From a bacterium (GTDB taxonomy: Bacteria > Zhuqueibacterota > Zhuqueibacteria > Oceanimicrobiales > Oceanimicrobiaceae), in contig JBHHXN010000038.1 of NCBI GenBank assembly GCA_046757025.1, positions 1 to 36,168 on the forward strand: 36,168 nucleotides of DNA. The letters run 5' to 3'. Positions within the stretch are counted from its first letter, which is position 1. The number at the start of each line of letters is the position of its first letter. The translations under genes and the position numbers were made by a program. Below are positions 18,811-28,638 of the stretch, piece by piece. The notes below the pieces were generated by a model. The model saw only the letters and a list, made by a program, of their open reading frames with translations, did not search any database and was not told the DNA's origin.

Positions 18811-19440
18811 TTACAAATCCCCCATATTTTTTTTAAAATCCGCAATGATTTTTTCAACATTTTCGGCCTGCATGACGGCTGAAATCACGGCCACGCCGGC
18901 GGCGCCGTGTTCCAAACACCATTTGGCTTTTTCGGGATCGATCCCTCCCACCGCAAAAATCGGCGCCTGCAGATTTGTTGTTATTTCGGAAAGCACACTT
19001 AATCCCTGCGGAGGTCCGTATTTCATTTTAGAGTGGGTCTGAAAAATGGGTCCGAACAAAATGAAATCGCAGCCGGCGTTTTCGGCGAGGTAGGCTTCTG
19101 CCAGAGAATGGGTGGAAACGCCGATTAATTTTTCGGAGGATAAACATTTTCGGGCGGCCTCCGCAGGAAGACTTTGCGAGGTCAATTGCACACCGTGCAG
19201 GTCGAGCGCCCGGGCGATGTCCACGCGATCATTTATCAGCAGTTTGGTTTGAGATTTTTTGCAGATTTCTTTGATTTCTTTTGCTAAATGGAAAAAAGCC
19301 ACCGGTGACAAATCTTTTTCACGCAATTGTATCGCTTTTACCCCGAGACTAACAACCTCTCGCAGGCGATCAGGTAAAGAAGCATTTTTTATTTGCCGAC
19401 GGTCGGTGATGAGGTAGAGTTTGAAATCGACTGAAGACAT
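18811..19440 (-). CDS. thiE: Thiamine-phosphate synthase (ThiE/TenI family)
   Basis: LYLITDR, IQLREK, LINDRVDIA, GVSTHS, FGPIFQTHSK and AVGGI; co-oriented with thiS and thiG. Confidence 0.85.
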   Translation of the reverse strand: MSSVDFKLYLITDRRQIKNASLPDRLREVVSLGVKAIQLREKDLSPVAFFHLAKEIKEICKKSQTKLLINDRVDIARALDLHGVQLTSQSLPAEAARKCLSSEKLIGVSTHSLAEAYLAENAGCDFILFGPIFQTHSKMKYGPPQGLSVLSEITTNLQAPIFAVGGIDPEKAKWCLEHGAAGVAVISAVMQAENVEKIIADFKKNMGDL

Positions 19441-19471
19441 TTGTTTTTTGTGTGCTGGAAAGCCAGAGCCG

Positions 19472-22411
19472 TTAGGGTCTGTCTAGGACTTTTCTCACGG
19501 CATTGGCCAGGTCATTGAGCTGAATGGGTTTGGAAAGAAACGTGTCAGCCCCTAAACTCAAAGCTTCTTGAACTCTTTCAGACATGGCATAGCCCGATAA
19601 AATGATGGTTTTTTGCTCCGGCTTAAATTCTAATATCTGGCGGTAAGTTTCAGTGCCATCGATGCCATCCATGACCATGTCCAGAATCAACAGATCGTAG
19701 CCTTTCTGTTTTACATGTTTTGTGGCCTTTTCTCCACAATCCAGAGTTTCCACTTTGTAACCTAAACGATGGAGAAGTTGTTTGACCACTCTTCTTTGTA
19801 CGGGATCGTCGTCCACAAATAGTATTTTCTCTGTGCCGCCTTTGGATTTTATGATAAAGCTTTCGTCTTCCAGCAGGAGATCTTTTGAAGTTGGAAAATA
19901 AACGGTAAAAGTCGTTCCCTGGCCAAATTTGCTGTCAATCGTGATATAGCCGTGATGGTCTTCGACGATGCCGTGCACCACACTCAATCCCAATCCCGAA
20001 CCGCGCATGCGATCCATCTTCTTAGTGGTAAAAAAGGGGTCAAAAATTCTATGAAAAATTTCGGGTTCAATGCCTATGCCGTTGTCTGATATTTCGAGTT
20101 TAGCGTATTCTCCTCGTTCCACGGTTTGGTAGCCTTTGAGCGGTTCATCCAGATAGATATTTTCGGTTTTGATTTTGAGCGTACCGATATCTTCCATGGC
20201 TTCCCGGGCGTTGACGATGATGTTGGTCAGGGCTCGGGTAATTTGAGCCGTCCCGCCTTTGATACGCAACAGGTCTTCGCTCAGCTCCTTTTCCACAATA
20301 ATTTGTTTGGGTAAATTTTGTGACAGCAAAACATTGTCGACGGCCAGGTTCAAATCGATGACTTCCAGCGAGTAGTGGCCTCTTCTTCCCAACGCTAACA
20401 ATTGTTGGTTGATCTCGGCTATTTCGATGGCAGCCGTTTCCATTTCCATTACCATATCTAAAACCGGATGATCATCCTGTAAGTCTTCTCGTATCAGAGC
20501 AGGATACGCCGTCAGTGGGGCTAACAAATTGTTGAAATCGTGTGCAATTTGTGCGGCAACTTTGCCAGCGGTTTCCAATCGCTGAGAACGAGCCAATTCT
20601 TCTTTCAGGCGTTTACTTTCGGTGATGTCTCGCAACACACCTTCGTAATAGATGGGCTGATTTTTTTTGTTGAACACCATTCTGCCGTGATCTTCCACCC
20701 ACAGCTCGCTGCCGTCTTTCTTTTTCAGTCTGAAAATATTGGATTTGTTTTTGTCTTTACGAAGTTTATCCAGGGCTTCGTTTCTCTCTTCGGGTTTGAA
20801 ATAGACTTCTCGTGGAATATCTAATTTCAAGAGCTCCTCATGACTGTCATACCCTAACATGTTCACCATAGCGGAATTAACCATGAGAAATTTCCCCTCC
20901 GGTGTAGAGCGGTAAATGCCATCGGGCACGCTTTCCAATAACTGGCGGTATTTCATTTCGCTTGCACGTAATGCGTCATTCGCCTTTTTATGCGCGATGG
21001 ATTCGGCCAACACGTTGGCCACCGATTGAATGAAATGGACGTCGTTATTTGTGAACGTTCGTGTGGAAGTCGTGTGCGCCCCTAAAACGCCGTAAGGCCG
21101 GTTTTCACCGGCGATGATCACGCTCATACCGCTGACTACACCGTGATCGAATAACAATTTCGGGCCGCGAAAACGCGTTTCTTTTTGCAGATTTTCCACG
21201 ATCACCGGTTCGTTGGATAGCAGCGTGTAGCCGGCCTGCGAGCCCGTATCCGCGCTGACTTTTGCGTGGCCCACCAGGCCATTCTGCCAGCCCACACCGG
21301 CTTGCAGCAGGAGCTCCTTTCCGTCCGGGAGAAGCTCCAATATTTTGCACAATTCTATTTGCAGGGTTTGGGAAATGAGGTTAACGGCATGGTGCATAAG
21401 TTCATCCAGTCCAATTCCGGTTAAGGCCAGATGGCCTAAATTAGCCACCGCTTCTTGTTGTTGTATGCGTTTTTTTATTTCAGATTCCGTCCGTTTGCGC
21501 TCTGAAATATCTCTGACAACGCTCTGAATATGAACAGGTTGATTGTTTTGATCGTAAACCAGGGCGGCATTGATTTCAACGGGTAGTTTTGTTCCGTCTT
21601 TTTTTATCAAGTTGCGCTCATAGACCGGTAGCGATTCACCGGCCAGAAGCTTTTTTAATTTTTGTTTTGCATCTGCTAAGTGAGAAGGAGCCGCGATATC
21701 TTTTAATGATTTATTTTTCAATTCCTCTATGGAATAGCCTAGCATGTCAGCGGCTTGCTGGTTAACCATGATGTGGTTACCGCTCAGATCGAGAATAAAT
21801 ACCGCATCGCTTGTTCGCTCAAAAAGTGAACGATAGAGAAGCTCTTTTTCTTTTAAAGCGATTTCCGCTAATTTGCGTTCCGTGATATCGGTGTGCAAGC
21901 CGATGGAGCCCACCACATTTCCAACCTGGTCTTCTATTGGTGCTCCGCTTATTTGAACCCAGATGGCTTCGCCCGATTTTTTTTTCATACAAATTTCATA
22001 GATATCGGACTGTTTTTTTTGTCGCAAATTTATTTTTTCATTGATGAGATCGTACTCGCTTTTGCTGTGAAGCAGCATGTTGGCATTTTTACCAAGAATC
22101 TCCTCTCTTTTGTACCCTACTATTTCACAAAAACGGTCGTTGACAAATTCGATGACGTTTTCGTTGTTCACTTGCATGACGCCTTCGTGCATACTTTCGA
22201 CAAGTGCCCGAAAGGTTTGCTCATCTTGTTTTAATTGCGAGTGTGTGCGCTTGCTTTGATCGATTTGTTCTTGCTGGGTTTGAATGGTCTGGGAAAGCTC
22301 TTGTATGGTTTTTTGCTGGTCGCGGTCGACCTTTTTTAAGTGGGCAATGGTTTTTTGAAGGTGCTCTAATGCGTCGATGAGTTCCGATTTTGATTTCTGG
22401 TGGTAGTGCAT
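19472..22411 (-). CDS. Cytoplasmic hybrid sensor histidine kinase (PAS-PAS-GAF-PAS-HisKA-HATPase-REC)
   Basis: Three PAS domains ending DITERK, DISERK and DITESK; GAF (SQAGYTL...YGVLGAH); H-box AHDFNNLL; N/G1/F/G2 boxes (NAREAM, DNGIGI, FDPFFTTK, GSGLGL); receiver VDDD...LILDMVM...SKP. Start placed at ATG 22411, downstream of GGAGG. Confidence 0.93.
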   Translation of the reverse strand: MHYHQKSKSELIDALEHLQKTIAHLKKVDRDQQKTIQELSQTIQTQQEQIDQSKRTHSQLKQDEQTFRALVESMHEGVMQVNNENVIEFVNDRFCEIVGYKREEILGKNANMLLHSKSEYDLINEKINLRQKKQSDIYEICMKKKSGEAIWVQISGAPIEDQVGNVVGSIGLHTDITERKLAEIALKEKELLYRSLFERTSDAVFILDLSGNHIMVNQQAADMLGYSIEELKNKSLKDIAAPSHLADAKQKLKKLLAGESLPVYERNLIKKDGTKLPVEINAALVYDQNNQPVHIQSVVRDISERKRTESEIKKRIQQQEAVANLGHLALTGIGLDELMHHAVNLISQTLQIELCKILELLPDGKELLLQAGVGWQNGLVGHAKVSADTGSQAGYTLLSNEPVIVENLQKETRFRGPKLLFDHGVVSGMSVIIAGENRPYGVLGAHTTSTRTFTNNDVHFIQSVANVLAESIAHKKANDALRASEMKYRQLLESVPDGIYRSTPEGKFLMVNSAMVNMLGYDSHEELLKLDIPREVYFKPEERNEALDKLRKDKNKSNIFRLKKKDGSELWVEDHGRMVFNKKNQPIYYEGVLRDITESKRLKEELARSQRLETAGKVAAQIAHDFNNLLAPLTAYPALIREDLQDDHPVLDMVMEMETAAIEIAEINQQLLALGRRGHYSLEVIDLNLAVDNVLLSQNLPKQIIVEKELSEDLLRIKGGTAQITRALTNIIVNAREAMEDIGTLKIKTENIYLDEPLKGYQTVERGEYAKLEISDNGIGIEPEIFHRIFDPFFTTKKMDRMRGSGLGLSVVHGIVEDHHGYITIDSKFGQGTTFTVYFPTSKDLLLEDESFIIKSKGGTEKILFVDDDPVQRRVVKQLLHRLGYKVETLDCGEKATKHVKQKGYDLLILDMVMDGIDGTETYRQILEFKPEQKTIILSGYAMSERVQEALSLGADTFLSKPIQLNDLANAVRKVLDRP

Positions 22412-22511
22412 TTTGCCTCCAATCATTGGCAGCAAATTCAGCCGGCTAAAAAATTGCTCAACGTTTTTTTTGAGGGCAGATTTGAATTAAAATTATTGGA
22501 GAGCTCAGGGA

Positions 22512-23294
22512 TTAGTCTCCCGTCGCAATGACGCCTTCCAGAGGACTGGATGCAGTGGCGTAAAGTTTCTTTTGAATGCGACCGGCTTCATAAGCTAACC
22601 GACCCGCTTCCACGGCTTTGCGCATGGCTTCTGCCATTTTCACGGGATTATTGGCCGCCGCAATGGCCGTGTTCATCAACACCCCATCACAGCCGAGCTC
22701 CATGGCGATGGCAGCGTCGGAAGCCGTGCCCACTCCCGCATCCACAATGACGGGAATATCTATTTGCTCTAAAATAATTTTGATGTTATAAGGATTGCGA
22801 ATTCCCAATCCTGACCCTATGGGCGCGGCCAGCGGCATGACGGCGGCGCAGCCGATATCCTGTAATTTTTTGCAGGTGATGACGTCGTCATTTGTGTACG
22901 GCAGCACCGTAAATCCTCGCTTAACCAATTCTCTGGCGGCCACCAACAAAGATTCGTTGTCCGGAAAAAGGGTCTTTTCGTCGCCGATAACCTCTAATTT
23001 GACCAATTGGGTTCCCAACGCTTCCCGAGCTAACTCGCAAGTTAAAATGGCGTCTTTTGCCGTGTAACAACCGGCGGTGTTGGGCAGCAGCTCGTATTTG
23101 TTTTTGTCGATATAATCCAGCAGCGATTCGCCTGATTGGTCGTGTAAATTCACCCGGCGAATGGCCACGGTGACGATCTGGGTGCCGCTGACTTCAAGCG
23201 CGCGCGCCATGGTCTGAAAATCGGGGTATTTGCCGGTACCTAAAATCAAACGGGACTGATAGTTTTTCCCTCCTAATGTGATTTCCTCGGACAT
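22512..23294 (-). CDS. thiG: Thiazole synthase
   Basis: [42 protein letters not shown] and A(T)ASSP. Confidence 0.97.
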   Translation of the reverse strand: MSEEITLGGKNYQSRLILGTGKYPDFQTMARALEVSGTQIVTVAIRRVNLHDQSGESLLDYIDKNKYELLPNTAGCYTAKDAILTCELAREALGTQLVKLEVIGDEKTLFPDNESLLVAARELVKRGFTVLPYTNDDVITCKKLQDIGCAAVMPLAAPIGSGLGIRNPYNIKIILEQIDIPVIVDAGVGTASDAAIAMELGCDGVLMNTAIAAANNPVKMAEAMRKAVEAGRLAYEAGRIQKKLYATASSPLEGVIATGD

Positions 23295-23406
23295 TTTTTA
23301 CCTCAGAAAAAAATTAATAAAATTCGGTTTTGGAAACAGTTACTAAATACCATATTGATGGACACGGAACATCTCGCTGATTTCGTGAGCAGAATAGCTT
23401 GTTTGT

Positions 23407-23613
23407 CTAACCACCCGCTGTGGCATGAATGATTTCCAGCCGGTCGCCATCTTTAATAAAGGTCTGGGAAAACTTTGATTTTAATACGATGGTATCATTG
23501 AGCGCCACGGCCACACCGTGATCCTGTGATATTTGCAATTGTTGTAAAAGCGTTTCAATACTGAGCGGCTCTTCAAATTGATGTGCTTGACCGTTTATTA
23601 CCACTTGCAACAT
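23407..23613 (-). CDS. thiS: Sulfur carrier protein ThiS
   Basis: 68-aa ubiquitin-like protein (INGQ, VAVALN, DGDRLEII) ending in Gly-Gly, upstream of thiG. Confidence 0.95.
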   Translation of the reverse strand: MLQVVINGQAHQFEEPLSIETLLQQLQISQDHGVAVALNDTIVLKSKFSQTFIKDGDRLEIIHATAGG

Positions 23614-23752
23614 GAAAATTCAAATTTCAGGAGACAGTTTTATTATATTCATTCTCTGATGTTTCACTTAATCAAATAAACGTGAAATTATCAATGAGTT
23701 TCTTTTATTTAAGCACGTTGCAGAAGTCTTCACTTCAATCTTTTTAAAAGTT

Positions 23753-23781
23753 AATATAAAAACAAATTTAGCACTTTGCAA
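23753..23781 (-). promoter_or_regulatory. Sigma70-type promoter for thiS-thiG
   Basis: Minus strand TTGCAA-17-TATATT. Confidence 0.55.
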
Positions 23782-23807
23782 CACATAATTCAATTTCTTA
23801 AAATCTC

Positions 23808-23836
23808 TTGTTAGTAAATTGAAAATACCTTATATT
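23808..23836 (+). promoter_or_regulatory. Sigma70-type promoter for the GGR-family gene
   Basis: TTGTTA-17-TATATT, divergent from the thiS promoter. Confidence 0.45.
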
Positions 23837-23949
23837 GAATGATTCTATTAGCGGTTAGTTACCATGGCTCTGGGCAACCGCCAGAAATATCCCCCATTGC
23901 TTTTTCAATTTAAAGGTCATATTTGAACGATTAACTGGAAGTGAAATAG

Positions 23950-25029
23950 ATGGCGAATTCTGAACACTATGATGTAATAATTATCGGAGCGGGACCTGCG
24001 GGAAGCGCTACCGCCATCTATATCAATCCTGAGCGATCTGGCTTACGCGTACTGTTGCTGGAGGGTAAAAAAGAAGTTGGTGTGCCCCTGCAGTGCGGAG
24101 AAGCTATGCCCACTTACGACGATTTGTTGACGGTTTTTCCCAAGGCAGATTGCCGGGAGCTCTTCGATTTGCCAGATGAAGTGCAGGCTGGTGCCATTGA
24201 AGGGCTCAAATTTAAAGCGCCGTCCGGAAGAATTTACACCGCAGATTTGAAAGGCCAGATGTACCACCGGGACAAGCTGGATCAGCACTTATTCAAGCGG
24301 GCGCTGGCGTGCGGCGCTGAATATCGTCTTAATAGCCGGGTTAAAAAAATTGCCAAAAATCAAGTTTGGACCTCGGATGACACCTTCACTGCGGATTTCA
24401 TTGTCGGCGCCGACGGCGTTTTTTCTGTGGTGTCGAAGGCTTTTCCAGCGTTTGTTCCGAATCGCGATATTTGCGCATGCGCCTTTGTGCTGGCCAGCGG
24501 GGATTTCAAAGAAAATGTCATCCAGCTTTGGTATGAATCTCGTTTTACCGGCGGGTATTTCTGGCTGTTTCCGAAAAGTAAAGCAAGTGAAGCCAACATT
24601 GGTTTGGGTGTGCGGGGACGGGCTAATGTGCGCACCTTGCTCGAAAGAGAACTGCAGCAATTATCCGAACAAGGTCCTTTTTTGATCAAATACCGAGGCG
24701 GAGGCGCGGTTCCACTGAGCGGACTAAAACCCAAAATCGTCTCTGAAAATATCGCGTTAGTAGGCGATGCCGCTGGCATGGTTTTCCCAACTAACGGCGG
24801 CGGTACGGGATTAGCCATGATGGCCGGTAAGTGGCTCGGAGAAATCATCGCCAAGCGTCAAGCATTAATTGAATATGAAAAAAAAGTGCAGGCCATTTTA
24901 GGGCCGGTGTTAAAAAAGTCTCTCCGAACGCGCCGCCAGATGGATTTGTTTCGAAAAAAACCGTCTGTGTTTTCGGCAGTCATGTGGTTAGCAAATTTGA
25001 AAGGCTGGCGTCAATTTATTGTGGGCTAA
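23950..25029 (+). CDS. Geranylgeranyl reductase-family FAD-dependent oxidoreductase
   Basis: Rossmann motif IIGAGPAGS, PLQCGEA, VGADG, GYFWLFP, ANIGLG and LVGDAAG..FPTNGGG. Confidence 0.88.
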   Translation: MANSEHYDVIIIGAGPAGSATAIYINPERSGLRVLLLEGKKEVGVPLQCGEAMPTYDDLLTVFPKADCRELFDLPDEVQAGAIEGLKFKAPSGRIYTADLKGQMYHRDKLDQHLFKRALACGAEYRLNSRVKKIAKNQVWTSDDTFTADFIVGADGVFSVVSKAFPAFVPNRDICACAFVLASGDFKENVIQLWYESRFTGGYFWLFPKSKASEANIGLGVRGRANVRTLLERELQQLSEQGPFLIKYRGGGAVPLSGLKPKIVSENIALVGDAAGMVFPTNGGGTGLAMMAGKWLGEIIAKRQALIEYEKKVQAILGPVLKKSLRTRRQMDLFRKKPSVFSAVMWLANLKGWRQFIVG

Positions 25030-25091
25030 TCAGAATGTTGAACATATTTTGTTGGTGACCTAAAGCGCATTAATCAAAGAAATCTTCCGCA

Positions 25092-27662
25092 ATGATATTT
25101 TATAATCTATTTGAAGGCAAAATGAAACGGAGAGTGGGCTGTCTTAAAATCATGATTCATCTGGCATTATTTCTTTTTTTCACACAAGCGTTTTTACTTG
25201 CTCAACCGACTGCAACGTATCTCATTCCGTTCCCTCAGCACGTCACTTTTTTTAACGAAACCTTTAAGTGCGATTCCACCTCACGCATTGTTTTGGGCGC
25301 CGGTTCCGGAACGGCTGAAAATTTCGTCGCAGCGCTCATTAATGATCACCTGCTGAGTACCTGCGGTTTTAAACTGTCGGTTGTTCAGGAGGAAAACAGC
25401 ACAGAGCGAAAGAATATTCTATTTTTGGGCAGTTTGAAAACCAGCGAATTTGCGCGAGAATTCAGCGCTCAATTCGATGCAGCCACCCGCGCCAGGATCG
25501 GAAAAGAGGGTTATCTGCTGCAAGCAAAATCCGACATGGTCGCTATCACAGCAAATACGTCTGCTGGCCTGTTTTATGGATGCATGACCTTAAAACAGAT
25601 GCTGCGGCCAGATGGCTCTGGAGTGCAAATACCGGGAGCCACGATTTACGATTGGCCGGCCTATCCGTTTCGCGGCATCCGCTTTGACATTCGCAACGGG
25701 CCGCTTCCCAATTTGGACTTTTTTAAAAAAATGATTCGATATCTGGGCGAGCTCAAGCTGAACACTTGCTTGCTTTATCTAGGCAATTGTTTTCGTTTTG
25801 AAGGGTTGCCACAAATTGTGAAATCCGGCACGACGCTTTCACACGAAGAAGTCGCTGAGCTGCAAACGTATGCAGCTCAATTACATATCCAAATCATTCC
25901 GGAGATGGAAACCCTCACCGATCTGGATGAAATTTTATTGCTGCCACAGTTTGCCCACCTGACAGAGTTTCCAGGCGCCCTCACTATTTCGCCTGAAAAT
26001 GAAAAAGCCTATCCGTTGCTGGATATGACCATTACAGAAATTGCTACCGCTTTTTCTGCTCCGTATCTACATGTTGGCCAAAGTGTGGCCCACGAAATTG
26101 GACGGGGAGCCAGCGAGAACACGGTCACGAACCGCGGTCTGGCAAATATCATCGCCGAGCATTTCCAGCGGGTTTATTCAACCGTAAAAAAGAATAACAA
26201 ACAAGTCCTCGTCAACGCCGATTTGATTTTCAATTTTCCTGAAATTCTATTTCAACTACCCGAGGATGTGATTTTTATTGCGACCTCAGGTTTAGAAAAA
26301 ATCCCCTCCCCACTACTCACAGCGATCATGAAAAAGCGATTAAACTTGATTCTCGCACCCCAACTGTGGACGGGTGAGAGTATTTTTGCGGACAGCTATG
26401 CAAAATTTTTTCAATTACAAAAAATGTTGCAAACCGAGCTGGCAGCCGGCGTTACTGGCGTTGTGGCAACCCATCGACAAAGGCCACTGGGCTTTGTGTT
26501 CCATGAGTATAACTATCAGGGATATGCCTTCACCGCTCAAAGTGCCTGGTACCCACAGGCCCGGGATATTGAACAATTTAACAAAGCTTTTTTCGCGCTG
26601 TATTATGGTACTGAGAAATTTGAATTCGAATTGATTTATAATTTGTTGTCGGATTTACAGCGGCTTGCTCCTTGGAAGGAAATGTGGCGGCACCCGCTTC
26701 TTTTTTTTCAGAATCCACAATGGGGAAAATACCAATCCATCCATAATCTGAAATCCCGAATGCAGGCGGTGGTACAATTGATTGAATCGAATTCACCAAC
26801 CATTACTCGCAACAAGGATCAATTGGATTACCTTAAATTTGCCGCACAGCAGGGCATCTGGTTTGCCAACAAAATTCAAACCCTGCATGAAATCGAGCAA
26901 ATGAAAAACCATTTTCATGATGAATCCGGCAATAATCAGGCAAAAAAAATAATGGATACGTGTTTCCAATTAATAGAAGAGCTCAATCAACTTCAGGAGA
27001 CTTTGCAATTGCTCTGGATGCGCGACTACCGTGCAGAGGACTTGCGCCGGTTCATGGAATTCTATCTGGTGCAAATCGATTACTGGCAGGAAATTATCGG
27101 CTATCTTCAAAGTGGCCAGCTATTTAAAAACCATTTGTTAGCCAGCCAATGGATTTACCATCCTGGTTCAGGCGAAAGCCAATTGCAATCCGAGGGGGGC
27201 GCCCATGTTTTTTTTCGCAAAACGTTTGACATTCGGGCTGGATTTCAGAGAGCTTACATTCAGGCCTTAGCCGATACCCATTTGAAATTATATCTCAATG
27301 GCGGGTATTTGGGCGAGGTAATTAATTTTGATTCAAACTCTGAGAATAATCCAAGTGTCAGTATCTGGGATGTGACGCCGCTGCTGCAACCAGGAAAAAA
27401 CGTGATCGCTGTTGAAGCCTGGAATTATCAGCCGGCAGCGCAAGCAGGAATCAATGTTTACGGACAAACCGTATATGAATTTGGTCGTACGTCCGAGGTG
27501 TTTTCAAATACTTATTGGAAAACGTCGCAACAGGAAACACAAAACTGGCAAAATTTGGGCTTTTACGATGTGCAGTGGTTGAATGCTGAAGTGCACAAAA
27601 AGCAAAAGTTAATTTTAAAGCCCAATTTTAAACTGGCGCGACCTTCCATAATTGATGAATGA
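25092..27662 (+). CDS. GH20 beta-N-acetylhexosaminidase-fold protein (catalytic residues degenerate) with C-terminal beta-sandwich
   Basis: Signal peptide; GH20 zincin-like domain (LIPFPQ, EGYLL, GLFYGCMTLKQ); IYDWPAYPFRG; TIM-barrel motifs; C-terminal ADTHLKLYLNG...DVTPLLQPGKNVIAVEAWN resembling the alpha-rhamnosidase N-terminal domain. Confidence 0.85.
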   Translation: MIFYNLFEGKMKRRVGCLKIMIHLALFLFFTQAFLLAQPTATYLIPFPQHVTFFNETFKCDSTSRIVLGAGSGTAENFVAALINDHLLSTCGFKLSVVQEENSTERKNILFLGSLKTSEFAREFSAQFDAATRARIGKEGYLLQAKSDMVAITANTSAGLFYGCMTLKQMLRPDGSGVQIPGATIYDWPAYPFRGIRFDIRNGPLPNLDFFKKMIRYLGELKLNTCLLYLGNCFRFEGLPQIVKSGTTLSHEEVAELQTYAAQLHIQIIPEMETLTDLDEILLLPQFAHLTEFPGALTISPENEKAYPLLDMTITEIATAFSAPYLHVGQSVAHEIGRGASENTVTNRGLANIIAEHFQRVYSTVKKNNKQVLVNADLIFNFPEILFQLPEDVIFIATSGLEKIPSPLLTAIMKKRLNLILAPQLWTGESIFADSYAKFFQLQKMLQTELAAGVTGVVATHRQRPLGFVFHEYNYQGYAFTAQSAWYPQARDIEQFNKAFFALYYGTEKFEFELIYNLLSDLQRLAPWKEMWRHPLLFFQNPQWGKYQSIHNLKSRMQAVVQLIESNSPTITRNKDQLDYLKFAAQQGIWFANKIQTLHEIEQMKNHFHDESGNNQAKKIMDTCFQLIEELNQLQETLQLLWMRDYRAEDLRRFMEFYLVQIDYWQEIIGYLQSGQLFKNHLLASQWIYHPGSGESQLQSEGGAHVFFRKTFDIRAGFQRAYIQALADTHLKLYLNGGYLGEVINFDSNSENNPSVSIWDVTPLLQPGKNVIAVEAWNYQPAAQAGINVYGQTVYEFGRTSEVFSNTYWKTSQQETQNWQNLGFYDVQWLNAEVHKKQKLILKPNFKLARPSIIDE

Positions 27663-28463
27663 ATGATGATCATAGAAAATGTTCATGGACCGGTTCATCA
27701 ATATCAATTAGTCCGGCGAATATTCAAACGCGATGTTTATACCACCGCGGCTTATTTTGTGGATGGTTTGCTCATCGACACCGGCTTCAAACATATCGCA
27801 AATAGGTTTTTTCAGACCCTTCGGCTTCAACCAATCGAGCAAATTGCGCACACTCATGCACATGAAGATCATATCGGCGCGAATTTTCTATTTCAAAAAT
27901 ATATGGGAATCAAAGCCCACGCGCACGAAATGGCTGTTGATCGGATTGTCCATCCACCCGACCGATTAAGAATGTACCGAAGGGTAGTTTGGGGTTTGCC
28001 CAAATCGGCTGAAACTGTGCCGATAACGGAACAACTTCTTACCAATAAATATGCCTTTCAAGTCTTAAAATTACCCGGGCATTCAGACGATCATATTGGT
28101 TTTTATGAGCCGGACGAAGGGTGGTTGTTTGGTGGAGATTTGTTTTTAAGCGTGAAAGTGAAAGTGTTAAAATATGATGAAAATATTCACGATTGGATCG
28201 ACTCATTAAAAAAAGTGGTGGATTTACCGATGAGCTGTTATTTTTGCAGTAGCGGTAAAATAATCAACCACCCTGGCAGACTGCTTAAATTAAAGCTGGA
28301 ATATTATGAAGATGTTAAACAAAAGGTTTTGCAATTGTACTATCATGGTTGGAAACTCCGAGAAATTCGTGATCAGGTTTTGGGTAAAGAGCCTGCCTTA
28401 ACCTATCTTTCTCAGGGCGAGTTTTCTAAATTAAACTTAGTAAAAGCTGTGGCTTGTCCATGA
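27663..28463 (+). CDS. Metallo-beta-lactamase-fold hydrolase
   Basis: LIDTG, THAHEDHIG (HxHxDH), PGHSDDH and FGGD; starts immediately after the GH20 stop. Confidence 0.9.
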   Translation: MMIIENVHGPVHQYQLVRRIFKRDVYTTAAYFVDGLLIDTGFKHIANRFFQTLRLQPIEQIAHTHAHEDHIGANFLFQKYMGIKAHAHEMAVDRIVHPPDRLRMYRRVVWGLPKSAETVPITEQLLTNKYAFQVLKLPGHSDDHIGFYEPDEGWLFGGDLFLSVKVKVLKYDENIHDWIDSLKKVVDLPMSCYFCSSGKIINHPGRLLKLKLEYYEDVKQKVLQLYYHGWKLREIRDQVLGKEPALTYLSQGEFSKLNLVKAVACP

Positions 28464-28599
28464 AAAAGAAATAAAAAAAATATTTAGCATTTTCTGACAT
28501 TTGCAGGTACTTTTCTATTGATGTACTTTATTTTTATTCAAGTTGCCTTTATTCATGTCTATTATCAAAAAGAAAACCCACTCCAAAGAAAATAGCTTT

Positions 28600-28638
28600 A
28601 AAAAAGAAAAGCTCGCCAAAAAATCGACGAGCTTTTCT
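28600..28638. terminator. Intrinsic terminator, probably bidirectional
   Basis: AGAAAAGCTCG...CGAGCTTTTCT, with an A6 tract on the left (U-tract for the minus strand) and TTTT on the right. Confidence 0.75.

Noticed and set aside
23768..23794. CIRCE/HrcA operator (TTAGCACT)
   Set aside because: Only one half-site; there is no GAGTGCTAA at the 9-nt spacing.
23851..23885. ZTP-riboswitch-like CTGGGCAA in the GGR leader
   Set aside because: The upstream ACUGGCG pairing segment is missing; only a weak GCGGTT/AACCGC hairpin is present.
23614..23949. TPP riboswitch upstream of thiS
   Set aside because: No CUGAGA core or P4/P5 signature on the minus strand.
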